From assembly GCA_044347345.1 (NCBI GenBank), contig JBIKUX010000019.1, forward strand, positions 1 through 51,398: a stretch of 51,398 bases of DNA. The letters run 5' to 3'. This DNA comes from Bdellovibrionota bacterium. GTDB lineage: Bacteria; Bdellovibrionota_C; UBA2361; JBIKUX01. Each line of letters begins with the position of its first letter. Within the stretch, counting starts at the first letter, position 1. Both the position numbers and the translations under genes were made by a program. A model generated the notes under the pieces. The model ran no database searches. It was not told where the DNA came from and saw only the letters and a list, made by a program, of their open reading frames with translations. Shown here piece after piece: positions 12,855-23,544 of this stretch.

Positions 12855-13988
12855 TTATCTCTCGCGGCCATCCAAAGGTTTAGCTAGTGTTGAGTAGTGT
12901 TGCGCATAAAAGGATTTATAGTCCCCTTCTAAGACTCTGGTACACCAATTATCATTTTCTACATACCAGTTAATTGTCTCAATTAGCCCTGAATCAAAAG
13001 AGTATCTGGGCGTCCACCCGAGTTTATTTTTTATTTTTGAGGTATCCACAGCATACCTACGATCGTGAGCCGCTCGGTCAGTAACCTTTTGAATAAGACC
13101 TTCCGAGCGACCGAGATACTTTAAAATTTTTGTCACTACCTCAAGATTAGTCAGCTCTCCATCGCTAGAAGAACCAATATTGTAAACCTCTCCAGCTTTT
13201 CCTTGTTCTGCTACCGCTACAATAGCTTCACAGTGATCATCAACATGAAGCCAACTTCTTACGTTTAGTCCGTCACCATAAAGCGGAATTGGATTTCCAG
13301 CTATGGCGTTTAGAATGCACAAGGGAATAAATTTTTCTGGAAATTGATATGGTCCGTAATTGTTAGTACAGCGAGTGACCGATACATCTAAACCATAGGT
13401 TTTAGCGTACGCCAAAGCTACCAAATCTGAACTAGCTTTAGAAGCAGCGTAAGGGCTTGTAGGGTCAAGGGGAGTATCTTCGTAAAATAGACCAGTAGGG
13501 CCTAGCGAGCCATAAACTTCATCAGTCGAAATATGAACAAAATGTCGAACTTCATGTTGCCTAGCAACTGAAAGAAGTGATTCAGTACCTAGCACATTCG
13601 TTCTAATAAATGGTTCAGCAGAGTGAATAGAGCGGTCGACATGACTCTCAGCGGCAAAATGAATAATAGTATCTATAGGTCTATCATTACTAGCAGACGA
13701 TTCTAAAAGTGAAGCCAGTCCTAACCGGTCACAAATATCTAATCGAGTAAACCTAATTGATCCTCTTGACTCACAAGATACTGAATCAGAACTCGAGGTC
13801 AAAAACTGAGATAAATTGTCGAGGTTACCTGCATAAGTAAGTGAATCAACGACATGCAGATCCCAATCTGGCCTGTTTTTTCGACAGTGGTGCACAAAAT
13901 TGCTACCAATAAAACCGGCTCCACCAGTAATCATTACTCGACGAGGGAACCTTGCTAAAATATTCGTTTGATTGCTTGATGAGTCCAT
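12855..13988 (-). CDS. rmlB: dTDP-glucose 4,6-dehydratase
   Basis: TGGAGFIGSNF, LTYAGN, AAESHVDRSI, STDEVYG, YAASK, HDRRYA. Confidence 0.96.
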   Translation of the reverse strand: MDSSSNQTNILARFPRRVMITGGAGFIGSNFVHHCRKNRPDWDLHVVDSLTYAGNLDNLSQFLTSSSDSVSCESRGSIRFTRLDICDRLGLASLLESSASNDRPIDTIIHFAAESHVDRSIHSAEPFIRTNVLGTESLLSVARQHEVRHFVHISTDEVYGSLGPTGLFYEDTPLDPTSPYAASKASSDLVALAYAKTYGLDVSVTRCTNNYGPYQFPEKFIPLCILNAIAGNPIPLYGDGLNVRSWLHVDDHCEAIVAVAEQGKAGEVYNIGSSSDGELTNLEVVTKILKYLGRSEGLIQKVTDRAAHDRRYAVDTSKIKNKLGWTPRYSFDSGLIETINWYVENDNWCTRVLEGDYKSFYAQHYSTLAKPLDGRER

Positions 13989-14048
13989 AAATAAATTACA
14001 AAGGTTTTTAATTCAAATTATCTGATTAAGCCGATTTCAAAGTATTTC

Positions 14049-16751
14049 CTACTGCTGTCTGTTACGACGTAAAATATCTTGGGTGATACCTCCCAACCCG
14101 GAAAAAGTAAAGCGAACGTTAATTTGAGTTCGATTAGGGTTTATCTGCTCAGCTACACCAAAGTCAACAAACCAGCAATCGCAAGCACTCAACAAACGTA
14201 GTGCCGATGCTTGTTCGAGCATTTTTGAGGCTGTCTCATCAAAACGAGAGAAGTAAGCAAGCCGCAATCTATCTGTAATTACAGCCTCAATGCTAGTTTC
14301 TAAATTGCTAATGTTTGGTATCGCCAAAGTAGGGTCAAGATTAACGTTTGGATCGATGAAGGTATAACGAACTCTGAAATAATCATCTCTATCATCAACT
14401 AAGTTAAACCCTCCACCCCAAGAAGAAAGCCCCGACTTCTCTAAATTGTAATTCGAGTCTATATCAAATCCAAATGATCTATTGGGGGTAATCTGAAAAA
14501 TTACATTTATATCCGATAACGGCTCGCGAAACTGATCTAAATTTTCTTCACTTTCAATCAAGTCGTAGCTTTGTTTTACCGTAAGGTCAAGAAGCCTCCG
14601 AATTTCTCCATTTCTCCTAACTCCTCCATTAACAATTGACGAACCGCTAGCTGATGAGCCTAAAGGGGCAAAATCTAACGCCGGATATGTATCTGCCAAC
14701 CCAAGTTGTGGTAGATCTTCGGGCTCAGGAGCAAACTCTGGTAAAGGATATGCTGTAGGAACCCGAGGGTTAAATCGTCCAAGCAAAGAAGTACTTAGTC
14801 CATAGGTTACAACACTTCTTCTTCGCACTCTGTCAATTGAGTCAAAAAGAGGAATATGATTTTGATTGACATCAGGGGCGTAAGTATACCTCAAAAATGG
14901 TTGCATTACATGCTTAGTCCTCTTGAGAAGGACATTTTGATTACCCGCACCTAAGCTTGCAAGGGTACCTAACAGACCTTCAGGCTCAGCATCAAAGACT
15001 TTTTCAACTGCCGTTGAAATAACATAGCTACCAACAAAAGTTCTCCTGTGTGGTGACTGGCTGAGCACAGTTGCATCAGAATCAATGTCAGAGACTGCAT
15101 CATATCTTGTAATTGGATTAAACATTGTGCCGGATTGATTGCTATCAGGGTCAACGTTATAGAAAGTTTCAAAGCCACGAAGCTCAAATTGCGAAGTTAG
15201 GATATTTTTATATCTAAATGGAACTTGTACTATAGGGCTGATATTTAACCGTCGTCCTTCGTAACCCTCTTCACGTGAAAATTGGGTGGCGGATAATCCA
15301 CCTTTGGTGACGATTTTCACACCATACGGATTAAAGCCAAAAGGCCTGAAACTGCGAAGACCATTCAAGGAAACTTCCGGAAGACGTTGAAAAACTGCTT
15401 TGTCTGTACCAACAATGTTATTATCAATTACCTGATTGTACTCACTACTTAATTCAGCGTTAAGATACGTACCTAATCCTTGTCGTAAAGCTACATAAGA
15501 GGTGGTAAATGGAGAAGTTATGAGCCCAATGTCTTGATCGGGTAACTCTCGAATAATTGTATCATCGCTAACATAATGTATGTCAGCGATAAAAGAGGTA
15601 GGAAAACTTGCACCTAATTCTGATTTATCAAAAGTTTGACTTGATTGTGATTGCCACATCTGAGAATGGAAAAGACCAAAACGATTCTCATCAAATGAAG
15701 CCTCTGTTCCTGCTGGATTAGCAAGGCCACGCAGAGAGTCACCTCTCCATGCTTCATTAGAAAAAACCCATTTGCTCCGCAAGGAGTGAGTCTCAGAAAA
15801 AAGCTGTCTATACTGAGCAAAAGTACCGACTCTTGAATTAGTTTCAATGAATGGCGTTAGCAAAACATCACTCGTATCACCTGTAACGACATATAAAGGC
15901 TGCCGGTAGCGAAAGCCATCCTGGTTACTAATTCCATAAGTAGGAACGAGTAATCCTGTTGCTCGGTTTCGCTTTACAGGAAAAGCAAAGTAAGGAGAAT
16001 AAATTACCGGCAGTCCATAGAGGTTTAATCTTACGTCTGTAAGACTAGCATAACCCTCTTCTTCAAGATTCGCACTATCCGCCGTTAAACTCCATGGAAC
16101 CTCCCCGTTGCTACATCCACATGTAGTAAAATCTACATTCAATAGATTATATTTAGTTTCAGAAATTTTATATGCTTCTCTTGCACTACATGAAATTTGA
16201 CCACTTTCAAGTGTAAACTTGGCATTATTAAAAATACCAGTTTCAGACTCAAGCTGAACAAATGCCGAATCTGCTCGAATCGACCCATCTTTAAGCGAGA
16301 GTATGACATCACCGTAAAGCTCAGCTTCCTTTGCCTCTGAATCTACCTCGGCTAACTCAGCTTGGGCTGTTAGGCTTTCTCGTGAAACAATGACACCATC
16401 TTTAGCTATTAATTTCTTCTTATCTTGGTCAAATGAAACATTTGGTGCTATTACACTCGTATCTTCGGAAGGATTAGCATCCGATGCTAAAAGCCGCTCT
16501 CTTTGAGCTTGCTCTTGTTGTTGCACGTCAGGTTGGTCACTTCTAAAAAGACGCCTGCGGTTAAGTTGTTGAGCTTCAGCATTTGTTGAAAAAATAAGTT
16601 CTGTTGCGGATATAGCTACGGATATAATTAGCAACGATGAGAGCTTTAAGAACTGCACCGTAATTATTTCAACAAAGATTACAGCCGCAAACACCCTACA
16701 AAAGGCTTTAAAATAGCAAAAGAAATTAAATGTGCCCAAACTACTTTGCAC
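14049..16751 (-). CDS. lptD: LPS-assembly outer-membrane protein LptD; start uncertain
   Basis: OstA-like N-domain, FTTC..C....PW, P..Y.PY..FP...R.TGLL.P, QRLPE, C-terminal CDCW and beta-strand pattern. Confidence 0.88.
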   Translation of the reverse strand: MQSSLGTFNFFCYFKAFCRVFAAVIFVEIITVQFLKLSSLLIISVAISATELIFSTNAEAQQLNRRRLFRSDQPDVQQQEQAQRERLLASDANPSEDTSVIAPNVSFDQDKKKLIAKDGVIVSRESLTAQAELAEVDSEAKEAELYGDVILSLKDGSIRADSAFVQLESETGIFNNAKFTLESGQISCSAREAYKISETKYNLLNVDFTTCGCSNGEVPWSLTADSANLEEEGYASLTDVRLNLYGLPVIYSPYFAFPVKRNRATGLLVPTYGISNQDGFRYRQPLYVVTGDTSDVLLTPFIETNSRVGTFAQYRQLFSETHSLRSKWVFSNEAWRGDSLRGLANPAGTEASFDENRFGLFHSQMWQSQSSQTFDKSELGASFPTSFIADIHYVSDDTIIRELPDQDIGLITSPFTTSYVALRQGLGTYLNAELSSEYNQVIDNNIVGTDKAVFQRLPEVSLNGLRSFRPFGFNPYGVKIVTKGGLSATQFSREEGYEGRRLNISPIVQVPFRYKNILTSQFELRGFETFYNVDPDSNQSGTMFNPITRYDAVSDIDSDATVLSQSPHRRTFVGSYVISTAVEKVFDAEPEGLLGTLASLGAGNQNVLLKRTKHVMQPFLRYTYAPDVNQNHIPLFDSIDRVRRRSVVTYGLSTSLLGRFNPRVPTAYPLPEFAPEPEDLPQLGLADTYPALDFAPLGSSASGSSIVNGGVRRNGEIRRLLDLTVKQSYDLIESEENLDQFREPLSDINVIFQITPNRSFGFDIDSNYNLEKSGLSSWGGGFNLVDDRDDYFRVRYTFIDPNVNLDPTLAIPNISNLETSIEAVITDRLRLAYFSRFDETASKMLEQASALRLLSACDCWFVDFGVAEQINPNRTQINVRFTFSGLGGITQDILRRNRQQ

Positions 16752-16760
16752 ACCTGCCTC

Positions 16761-17615
16761 CTAGGCATCAAAGCCAAAATTACGAATAATTGTGGCGACT
16801 TCATCCTTCATCGTTGAACGCTGGACTATTCTGTCAATAATACCGTGGCTGAGCAAAAATTCAGACCTTTGAAAACCATCAGGGAGTTTTTGTCGAACTG
16901 TTTTTTCAATAACTCTCGGCCCAGCAAAACCAATAAGAGCCCTTGGTTCAGCAATTATAACATCACCTTGCATAGCAAACGAAGCCGCAACGCCACCGGT
17001 AGTCGGGTCAGTAAGAACTGAGATGTAAGGAAGGCCTTCCCGTCCAAGTTTTCCAAGCGCAGCACTGATTTTAGCCATCTGCATAAGCGAAAAAATCCCC
17101 TCTTGCATTCGGGCTCCCCCTGAAGCGGACACAATAACGACGGGACGACGCTCTTTTATCGAAAGTTCTATGATTCTGGCCAGTTTTTCACCTACAACAG
17201 AACCCATGCTCCCTCCCATAAAGGAAAAATCAAACACAGCAAGTCCCACGGGAATATTGTGAATACGTGATCTTCCGGTAATTACAGCTTCAACAGAACC
17301 GGTCTTTTTCTCTGTTTTTTTAAGACGATCTCTATAGCGAGTGTCATCACGAAATCCTAGAGGATCAGTGGAGCGGAGATCTGCATCCGTTTCCAAAAAT
17401 GAATGCCTATCTGCTAAAAGTGGAATTCTTTGACGAGCACCTAGGCGAAAATGATGATTACATTTAATACATACACCGAAATTTCTTCTGACCTCTTTAG
17501 TGTAGAGGATAGCCCCACAACTCGGACACTTAGTCCATACATCCTCTTTCATTTGAAGTGGTTCAGTAAGGTCTACAGGAGGTTTTGGTGCTTTTTCTCT
17601 TAAAAACCAAGCCAT
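16761..17615 (-). CDS. accD: Acetyl-CoA carboxylase carboxyltransferase beta subunit
   Basis: WTKCPSC...C.KC zinc finger, FMGGSMGSVVGEK, SGGARMQEG, PTTGGV.ASFA. Confidence 0.97.
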   Translation of the reverse strand: MAWFLREKAPKPPVDLTEPLQMKEDVWTKCPSCGAILYTKEVRRNFGVCIKCNHHFRLGARQRIPLLADRHSFLETDADLRSTDPLGFRDDTRYRDRLKKTEKKTGSVEAVITGRSRIHNIPVGLAVFDFSFMGGSMGSVVGEKLARIIELSIKERRPVVIVSASGGARMQEGIFSLMQMAKISAALGKLGREGLPYISVLTDPTTGGVAASFAMQGDVIIAEPRALIGFAGPRVIEKTVRQKLPDGFQRSEFLLSHGIIDRIVQRSTMKDEVATIIRNFGFDA

Positions 17616-17794
17616 AGCCGCATCTACTCCAATATTACATTAAGTCGCTTGATGATAGGTATTAGGCAAAAACTAGTTACTTTTGATATAACTGATAACA
17701 CATGATTGTAAGGTTGAGCGAGAGGTACCTTAGAAGTATCTTTGCAATTTCAGATTCAAAGTGCGAAAGATAATTAAAATACGAGATTATTTAA

Positions 17795-18583
17795 ATGCCA
17801 GAGAGGCTTTCAACTCTAACTTCCTTTATTTCATCCTTTCTCAGAGTAGAGGCATTTAGAGACTATGCTCATAATGGTCTTCAGGTATGTTGGAATGAAG
17901 ATGCCCTCATAAAAAGAATTCTTTGTACAGTAGATATTGGAGAAGATACGATTGAGGATGCAGCTTCCCTGAGAGCAGAACTTATAATATCTCATCATGG
18001 ACTTTTGTGGGGACATTCTTTAATACCTATTTGTGGTTCATTCGCCAAGAAAATACATAAACTCGCTCAAAATAATATTTCTGTATATGCTTGCCATCTT
18101 CCACTTGATGGTCACAGCCAAGTAGGCAATGCGTTTCAACTTGCGTTTGCGCTACAATTGGAGAATTGTGAATCTTGGTATAATTTAGACGCTTCGCAAC
18201 CAACTATTGGGGTACGAGGTATCTTTAATCCACCTATTTCTTATTACGAAGTCAGTCAAAGGCTGAGTAATATTACTGGAACTTGTTCGCCTTCTTTTTT
18301 ACCAGTTACTGAGCGTTTATTTGAAAATAAATTCTCTTCAGTGGGCATCGTGACTGGTTCTGGTACAAGTTGTTTAGAGGCAGCTGCAAAGGGAGGGATC
18401 GAACTTTTAATTACAGGAGAACTTAAACAAGAGGCTTTCCATTGTGCCAAAGATTTTAATGTTGCTGTTCTAGCTGGAGGGCACTACGCTACTGAGACTT
18501 GGGGAGTGAGAGCTTTAGGCTGGCTACTAAGAAAGAAATTTGATTTGAGTTTAGTTTTTTGTGACCGCCCTACTGGGATTTAG
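17795..18583 (+). CDS. Nif3-like (YbgI/DUF34) dinuclear metal protein
   Basis: DY..NGLQV, HHGLLW, HLPLD.H..VGN, GHYATE.WG, PTG. Confidence 0.92.
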   Translation: MPERLSTLTSFISSFLRVEAFRDYAHNGLQVCWNEDALIKRILCTVDIGEDTIEDAASLRAELIISHHGLLWGHSLIPICGSFAKKIHKLAQNNISVYACHLPLDGHSQVGNAFQLAFALQLENCESWYNLDASQPTIGVRGIFNPPISYYEVSQRLSNITGTCSPSFLPVTERLFENKFSSVGIVTGSGTSCLEAAAKGGIELLITGELKQEAFHCAKDFNVAVLAGGHYATETWGVRALGWLLRKKFDLSLVFCDRPTGI

Positions 18584-18647
18584 TTTATAGGGAAATAGTT
18601 TATAAATTTGAATTTTTTCAAAATTTTAAGGCTGAGGATTATTTGCT

Positions 18648-19844
18648 ATGAAAATTCGCTCAATTCGTGATTTAGACCTTACTAACAAGCGAGTTTTAAT
18701 ACGAGCTGACCTTAATGTTCCTATCGACCGAGACGGCAAGATTAGTGACGATAACAGAATAAAACAATTCTTACCGACTCTTTTTTACGTTTTAGAGAAA
18801 AACTGCAGCGTAGTTATAATGTCGCATTTGAATGACCCAAAGGAAAAAACTTTAACTGATTCACTAAGTCCTGTGGCATTAAAACTTGGTGAATTGATCG
18901 GTCAAAATGTACCTCTTGCTACAGATTGTATAGGTGACATTGTTCAAAGAAATGTTGAATCTATGAGACCAGGTTCTGTACTGCTTCTAGAGAATCTGAG
19001 ATTTAATCCTGGTGAAAAGAAAAATGACCCAACTTTCTCTCATCAGTTGGCCTCTTTCGGGGAAGTTTTTGTGTCTGACGCTTTCGCCACAGCACATAGA
19101 GAGCACGCGTCTATAGTAGGGGTGCCACAAATATTTATTAAAAGAGGAGATCCAGCAGTAGCAGGATTTTTAATGGAAAAAGAGATTAACGCTTTCGAAC
19201 GAGCGTTACTATCTCCAGAGCGTCCTCTATGTGTTGTACTAGGGGGTGCAAAGGTTTCATCAAAACTTACTGCTTTAATTAATATTGCTGAAAAGGCCGA
19301 TGTGCTTATCATTGGGGGAGCCATGGCAAATACTTTTCTTGCGGCTCAAGGTTATCAGATGGGGGCATCGCTATATGAGCCTGACAAAGTCGAAATAGCT
19401 GCGAGTCTTCTTAATTCTTTGAGGGAGCGTGGCTGTAGTGTGCATCTACCGGCAGACTTGGTCGTAGCTGAGCGTTTTTCAGAGGACACTCCGTATCAGG
19501 TTGTGCCAGCTCAAAAAGTTCCAGATGGTATGATGGCGCTCGATATTGGCCCTGATACTTGTAAGGACTACGGAGCTGCTGTGCGTAAAGCTGGCACTAT
19601 TTTATGGAATGGTCCGATGGGAGCTTTTGAAATGTTACCTTTCTCCGCCGGTACACAGGCTATGATGAGCGCTATTGGCGGAAGTGATGGCTATTCAGTA
19701 GTTGGTGGTGGTGATACAGATGCGGCGATTCATTCCGCAGGTAAAGTTAGTTCGTTTGATTACATATCAACCGGTGGGGGTGCCTTTTTGGCTCTCCTTG
19801 AGGGCAAGGTACTTCCGGGAATCAAAGCTTTGCAAGAGGCATGA
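18648..19844 (+). CDS. pgk: Phosphoglycerate kinase with an atypical HLND motif
   Basis: RADLNVP, LENLRF, DAFATAHR.HAS, GGAKVSSK, WNGPMG.FE, GGGDT, STGGGA. Confidence 0.93.
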   Translation: MKIRSIRDLDLTNKRVLIRADLNVPIDRDGKISDDNRIKQFLPTLFYVLEKNCSVVIMSHLNDPKEKTLTDSLSPVALKLGELIGQNVPLATDCIGDIVQRNVESMRPGSVLLLENLRFNPGEKKNDPTFSHQLASFGEVFVSDAFATAHREHASIVGVPQIFIKRGDPAVAGFLMEKEINAFERALLSPERPLCVVLGGAKVSSKLTALINIAEKADVLIIGGAMANTFLAAQGYQMGASLYEPDKVEIAASLLNSLRERGCSVHLPADLVVAERFSEDTPYQVVPAQKVPDGMMALDIGPDTCKDYGAAVRKAGTILWNGPMGAFEMLPFSAGTQAMMSAIGGSDGYSVVGGGDTDAAIHSAGKVSSFDYISTGGGAFLALLEGKVLPGIKALQEA

Positions 19845-20029
19845 AATTACGGAAGTTTTGCTTTTAATCGAGAGCAAAATACTTAGAAGTTAGCCCCCAA
19901 GCCGCTCAATAACTTAACAATCCGCTTCGCTATGTCTCTGACACCGAAAAAGTGTTCAAAAACATTAGAACTTTCTTGAGTTGGAGGTTTTTACAATCGA
20001 TACCTTGGAAGAATCTCTGGAGATAATAA

Positions 20030-20242
20030 ATGACAAAGCGCAGGTTGAAGGGTTGGATGGAAGGAACTTTTTCTAAAAGAGAAGGTTCCTCAAAAAAATG
20101 TTCAAACATGAGTGAACGGCGTTTACGTCGAAGACGCATCTCCGAATTAAAACATGACATAAAAAAGAATGGTTACAACGTAGCCAGCGACTTAGTGGCA
20201 CGGGCTTTACTCTATGGAACTATTATTGCTTGCAAGCAATAA
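20030..20242 (+). CDS. Small basic protein with FlgM-like C-terminal (anti-sigma28) motif
   Basis: RISELKHDIKKNGYNVASDLVARALL resembles the FlgM pattern (R/K)V.ELK..I..G.Y.VD...IA..(L/I). GGAG RBS. Confidence 0.55.
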   Translation: MTKRRLKGWMEGTFSKREGSSKKCSNMSERRLRRRRISELKHDIKKNGYNVASDLVARALLYGTIIACKQ

Positions 20243-20310
20243 TTCTCTTACTCATAAATTTCGAGATAATTTATAAAAATTTTTTGCTGTTAGGTAAATT
20301 ATGGACAAGA

Positions 20311-21069
20311 ATGTCACTAAAAAAAAACAAGAGACAAAAAGTTAATTCTGAATCTCTCGGAGGACTTTTTTTTTATTTTTCGATTAGTTCACTTTGTATT
20401 GTCAACCTAGTTCACATCTGCAGTCTTTTTTCAGTCTTTTCAGTTGGCGGATTACGTTTTCTGGGTATTTTTTTGACGGCTATTTTTTTTGGAAAATACA
20501 TCGCCAATGTATTTTTAACGGGATATATATCCGTATTTCTGCATGAATTTAAGCACTCATTGTTCTCTGGATTTGTTGGTAATAGACCAAAAAAATTAAA
20601 AATAGGAAAAAACACAGGCGCTTTCACGTATGAATATACTCGAGAGACCGCTAAGTACAACGCCATAATTGCTTTGGCTCCATATTGGACTCCTTTGTTT
20701 ACTGTTCCAATGTTGACAATGCCGTATATGTTACAGATTGCTCCACTTCACAGTGTACATACATTTCTTGTAGGACTTGCCTACGGTGCTGACTTAACTA
20801 TGAGCATAAGAGATATTGGACCTCATCAGACTGATTTTTCTCGATTAACCGGAGGCTATTTCTCCGGTATCATTTATGTTTTTTTGATTAATTCAGGTAC
20901 GTTTTTTACGCTTGTTGCGTGGATTATAGCTGATACCAAAGGATTAGCGGGTCTTGCCAAAACTTGGTGGATTATTATTAATTTTTTAGTGGGGCAAGAG
21001 CTAGTAACCGAAAGCTCATACTTAAGTTTAGCTCTTCGACAGTCATTAAAAATTCATCTAATTAACTGA
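20311..21069 (+). CDS. Membrane metallopeptidase, M50B-like
   Basis: HEFKH (HExxH) next to a TM segment, IALAPY, and a QTD motif. Start moved to ATG 20311. Confidence 0.7.
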   Translation: MSLKKNKRQKVNSESLGGLFFYFSISSLCIVNLVHICSLFSVFSVGGLRFLGIFLTAIFFGKYIANVFLTGYISVFLHEFKHSLFSGFVGNRPKKLKIGKNTGAFTYEYTRETAKYNAIIALAPYWTPLFTVPMLTMPYMLQIAPLHSVHTFLVGLAYGADLTMSIRDIGPHQTDFSRLTGGYFSGIIYVFLINSGTFFTLVAWIIADTKGLAGLAKTWWIIINFLVGQELVTESSYLSLALRQSLKIHLIN

Positions 21070-21074
21070 AACCA

Positions 21075-22412
21075 TTAGGATCTACGTCTCCTTAGGACTA
21101 CCACCAAAACGTGTTCACTCGTTTGACGATTAGCAAGATAGCTTTCTTCTTGACCAGCAGGTTTTACGGGTAGTTTTTGATTATCCGAGTGTTTAGCTTG
21201 ATGACGATGTAAAGTTTTTGAATTGTTTAGATTAACAGTCTGAACTATCTCCCAAAAAGATGCATAACACTCAGATAGGATCGTGGTGAGGATACTATAT
21301 AAAGGAAGAATTTCTTTCTTTTCATTAAAACTATTAGTTAGCAAAAGTGCAACATAACCGTCTGGTCGAGTAATTCGAGCTACTTCAAATAAAACTTCCT
21401 CAAGCCAATCCTGCCATTCTTGTAAAGAATTAATATCTCCACCGCGGTTGGGAGATAAAATATCACCGCTTAACCATAATCTTAGCCACTGACCTTGAAC
21501 CCTTGGCCCTGTATGAGGGAGAGGAAGTTGCATACAAGTAAGGTCGATACTACCGGAGGATATATGAGGTGCCGAACGTGGATCTCCGCATTGAACCTGG
21601 CCGGGATTAAGGTTAAATGAGAACTGCGATGGCCTGCAGTCGCGGGATAATTGAGCTACCTTTCTCAATATTCTAGGTACAAATGCTCGATATCCTGGTA
21701 GCGCGCCTCTATCACGATTTATTTTTTCTTGCACCGACGGTGCTAATGATTCGTATGGTGAGGAGTATGACGATAAATGACCTACCGTATGACCATGAAG
21801 GAGACCAAGTGCAACAGTACTCAAATATAGAGCTGTTCGAGCTGCAGAGTCATCCAAAAACCTAAACGACCCGTTTAACGTCCCTGACACTATTTCCTTC
21901 AGTGCAAAACGGAAACAAGAAATCTCTCTAAATGTGTCTTCATCATAAAAAGCGTCAAATCCTTGATGGAATCGTTCAAGTGGAATAGGTCTCTTAAAAT
22001 CCATATATTGAAGAGCTATTGCCGCTTGGGCGATGTCTACTGGAGAAAGTTTTCCCTGAGTAATCAAGGTAAATAGAGGTTCCGGATCAGTAGCTATGAT
22101 TTTTCGACCTGCAATATGAGCTTCGAGAGCAATAGTACCTGAACCAGACATAGGAATGTAAACTAACCCACCTCTAGGGCACAGAGACGTGACTAAACTT
22201 CGAGCAATCGAAGGTTGAATAGGCACCAAAGCTGGTGACTTTAATTGAACAAGTTCGTGCAATGAATGTTCCGATTGAAGCTTACTTAACTGAGAAAATT
22301 TAAGATGACGAGGAGGAATTTCAACAGCAGAAAGTCCAGTGTTCGAAACGGGCGCTACCAAGCGCATTTGAAGTCCTCTTGATGAGTTTCGAGTCATGAC
22401 ACTCCTCCACAA
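21075..22412 (-). CDS. DNA amino-methyltransferase-like protein with degenerate motifs
   Basis: Motif I-like YIPMSGSGTIALEA..GR....D..PL; GD.R....SGSIDL where SPPY is replaced by QLPL; EVARITRPDG. Confidence 0.65.
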   Translation of the reverse strand: MWRSVMTRNSSRGLQMRLVAPVSNTGLSAVEIPPRHLKFSQLSKLQSEHSLHELVQLKSPALVPIQPSIARSLVTSLCPRGGLVYIPMSGSGTIALEAHIAGRKIIATDPEPLFTLITQGKLSPVDIAQAAIALQYMDFKRPIPLERFHQGFDAFYDEDTFREISCFRFALKEIVSGTLNGSFRFLDDSAARTALYLSTVALGLLHGHTVGHLSSYSSPYESLAPSVQEKINRDRGALPGYRAFVPRILRKVAQLSRDCRPSQFSFNLNPGQVQCGDPRSAPHISSGSIDLTCMQLPLPHTGPRVQGQWLRLWLSGDILSPNRGGDINSLQEWQDWLEEVLFEVARITRPDGYVALLLTNSFNEKKEILPLYSILTTILSECYASFWEIVQTVNLNNSKTLHRHQAKHSDNQKLPVKPAGQEESYLANRQTSEHVLVVVLRRRRS

Positions 22413-22608
22413 GTCCTAATTTAAAATATACTACCTTGACCCACAGCATGTCATTCCTCTTTATATATAACTTTGTTCTAATTTGTTTCTAAATCATTTT
22501 TCCATCGTTCTAAGTATCAGAGACAATGGGATACGCAACAAAGTGTTGAACTAATCGACTATGTATTAGCTGTTTAACCAAACACGATTTTTTAGGAGCA
22601 GGTCAGCA

Positions 22609-23544
22609 ATGGGTTATCATCCTCGTATTGAGACTAATGAATTGGCGGATTTTCTAACCACCAGAACCAGAAACTCACAGCTCTGGCTAATCAATAATCT
22701 AAACCTCGAAAAGGCAATTCTAGGTTATGCCGCTAAATACTCTAACCGATATAAAGTAGATTTGTATGCTCTTGCCATACAAGGTAACCACCTACACTGT
22801 ACAGCTCAATTTAACAATCTTAATCGCAGCGACTTTATGCGTGATTTTAAATCATCAGTGGCTAAGGCTGTTTCTCGCTACTGCCACTCATATCCAGGAG
22901 GCACCTTATGGGGTCGTCGCTATTCAAATGAATTTCTTCCCGGCTCCGATGATATAGAAAATTGGTTCTTCTATACTGTTCTTCAACCAGTAAACGATGG
23001 TCTAGTGGAAAAAATCTCAGATTATCCTGGATATAATTGCTTCCATGACGCGGTATGGGGAATTAAACGCACCTTTAAAATAATGAATTGGTCAGCTTAC
23101 CACAAAGCTAAGAAACTCAACCCAAAAGTAAAAAAAATAAAATTTCTCGAAAAATATATTCTAGAATATAAAAGACTTCCAGGTTACGAAAGTTTATCTC
23201 AAAAAGAATACGCTAAATTAATGATGAAAAAACTCGAAGCAAGAAGATTAGAAATTATCCATAAGCGCTTTTCTGAGGGTAAAAAGTTTCTTGGTCGAAA
23301 AGCTATTTTGCAAACGAAGCCTGGATCACTGCCAATTCAAACAAAAAATTCTACACGAAACTCTCACAGACCCAGAGTACTATGCGTTTGCCCCCAAAGG
23401 CGCGCTGAAACACTTAAATGGTATTTCTCAATTTATAACCTCTACAAACAAATATCCTTGGCTTACAGACAAGGAAACTCTCTAGTCTCGTTTCCACCCG
23501 GAACACACAAACCATACTGCAAGACTTCCACCTTATTACTCTAA
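22609..23544 (+). mobile_element. Y1 HUH nuclease/transposase, RAYT-like
   Basis: MGYHPR start, TTRT, HUH motif GNHLH, FMRDF.S..A, LWGRRY, Y..LQPV..GLV, C-terminal FPPGT. Confidence 0.8.

Noticed and set aside
19930-20160. Minus-strand 76-aa ORF
   Set aside because: Antisense shadow of the FlgM-like ORF, which has the RBS and the motif.
21075-23544. Restriction-modification or other defence island
   Set aside because: The catalytic methyltransferase motif is missing and no restriction nuclease or other defence gene is adjacent.
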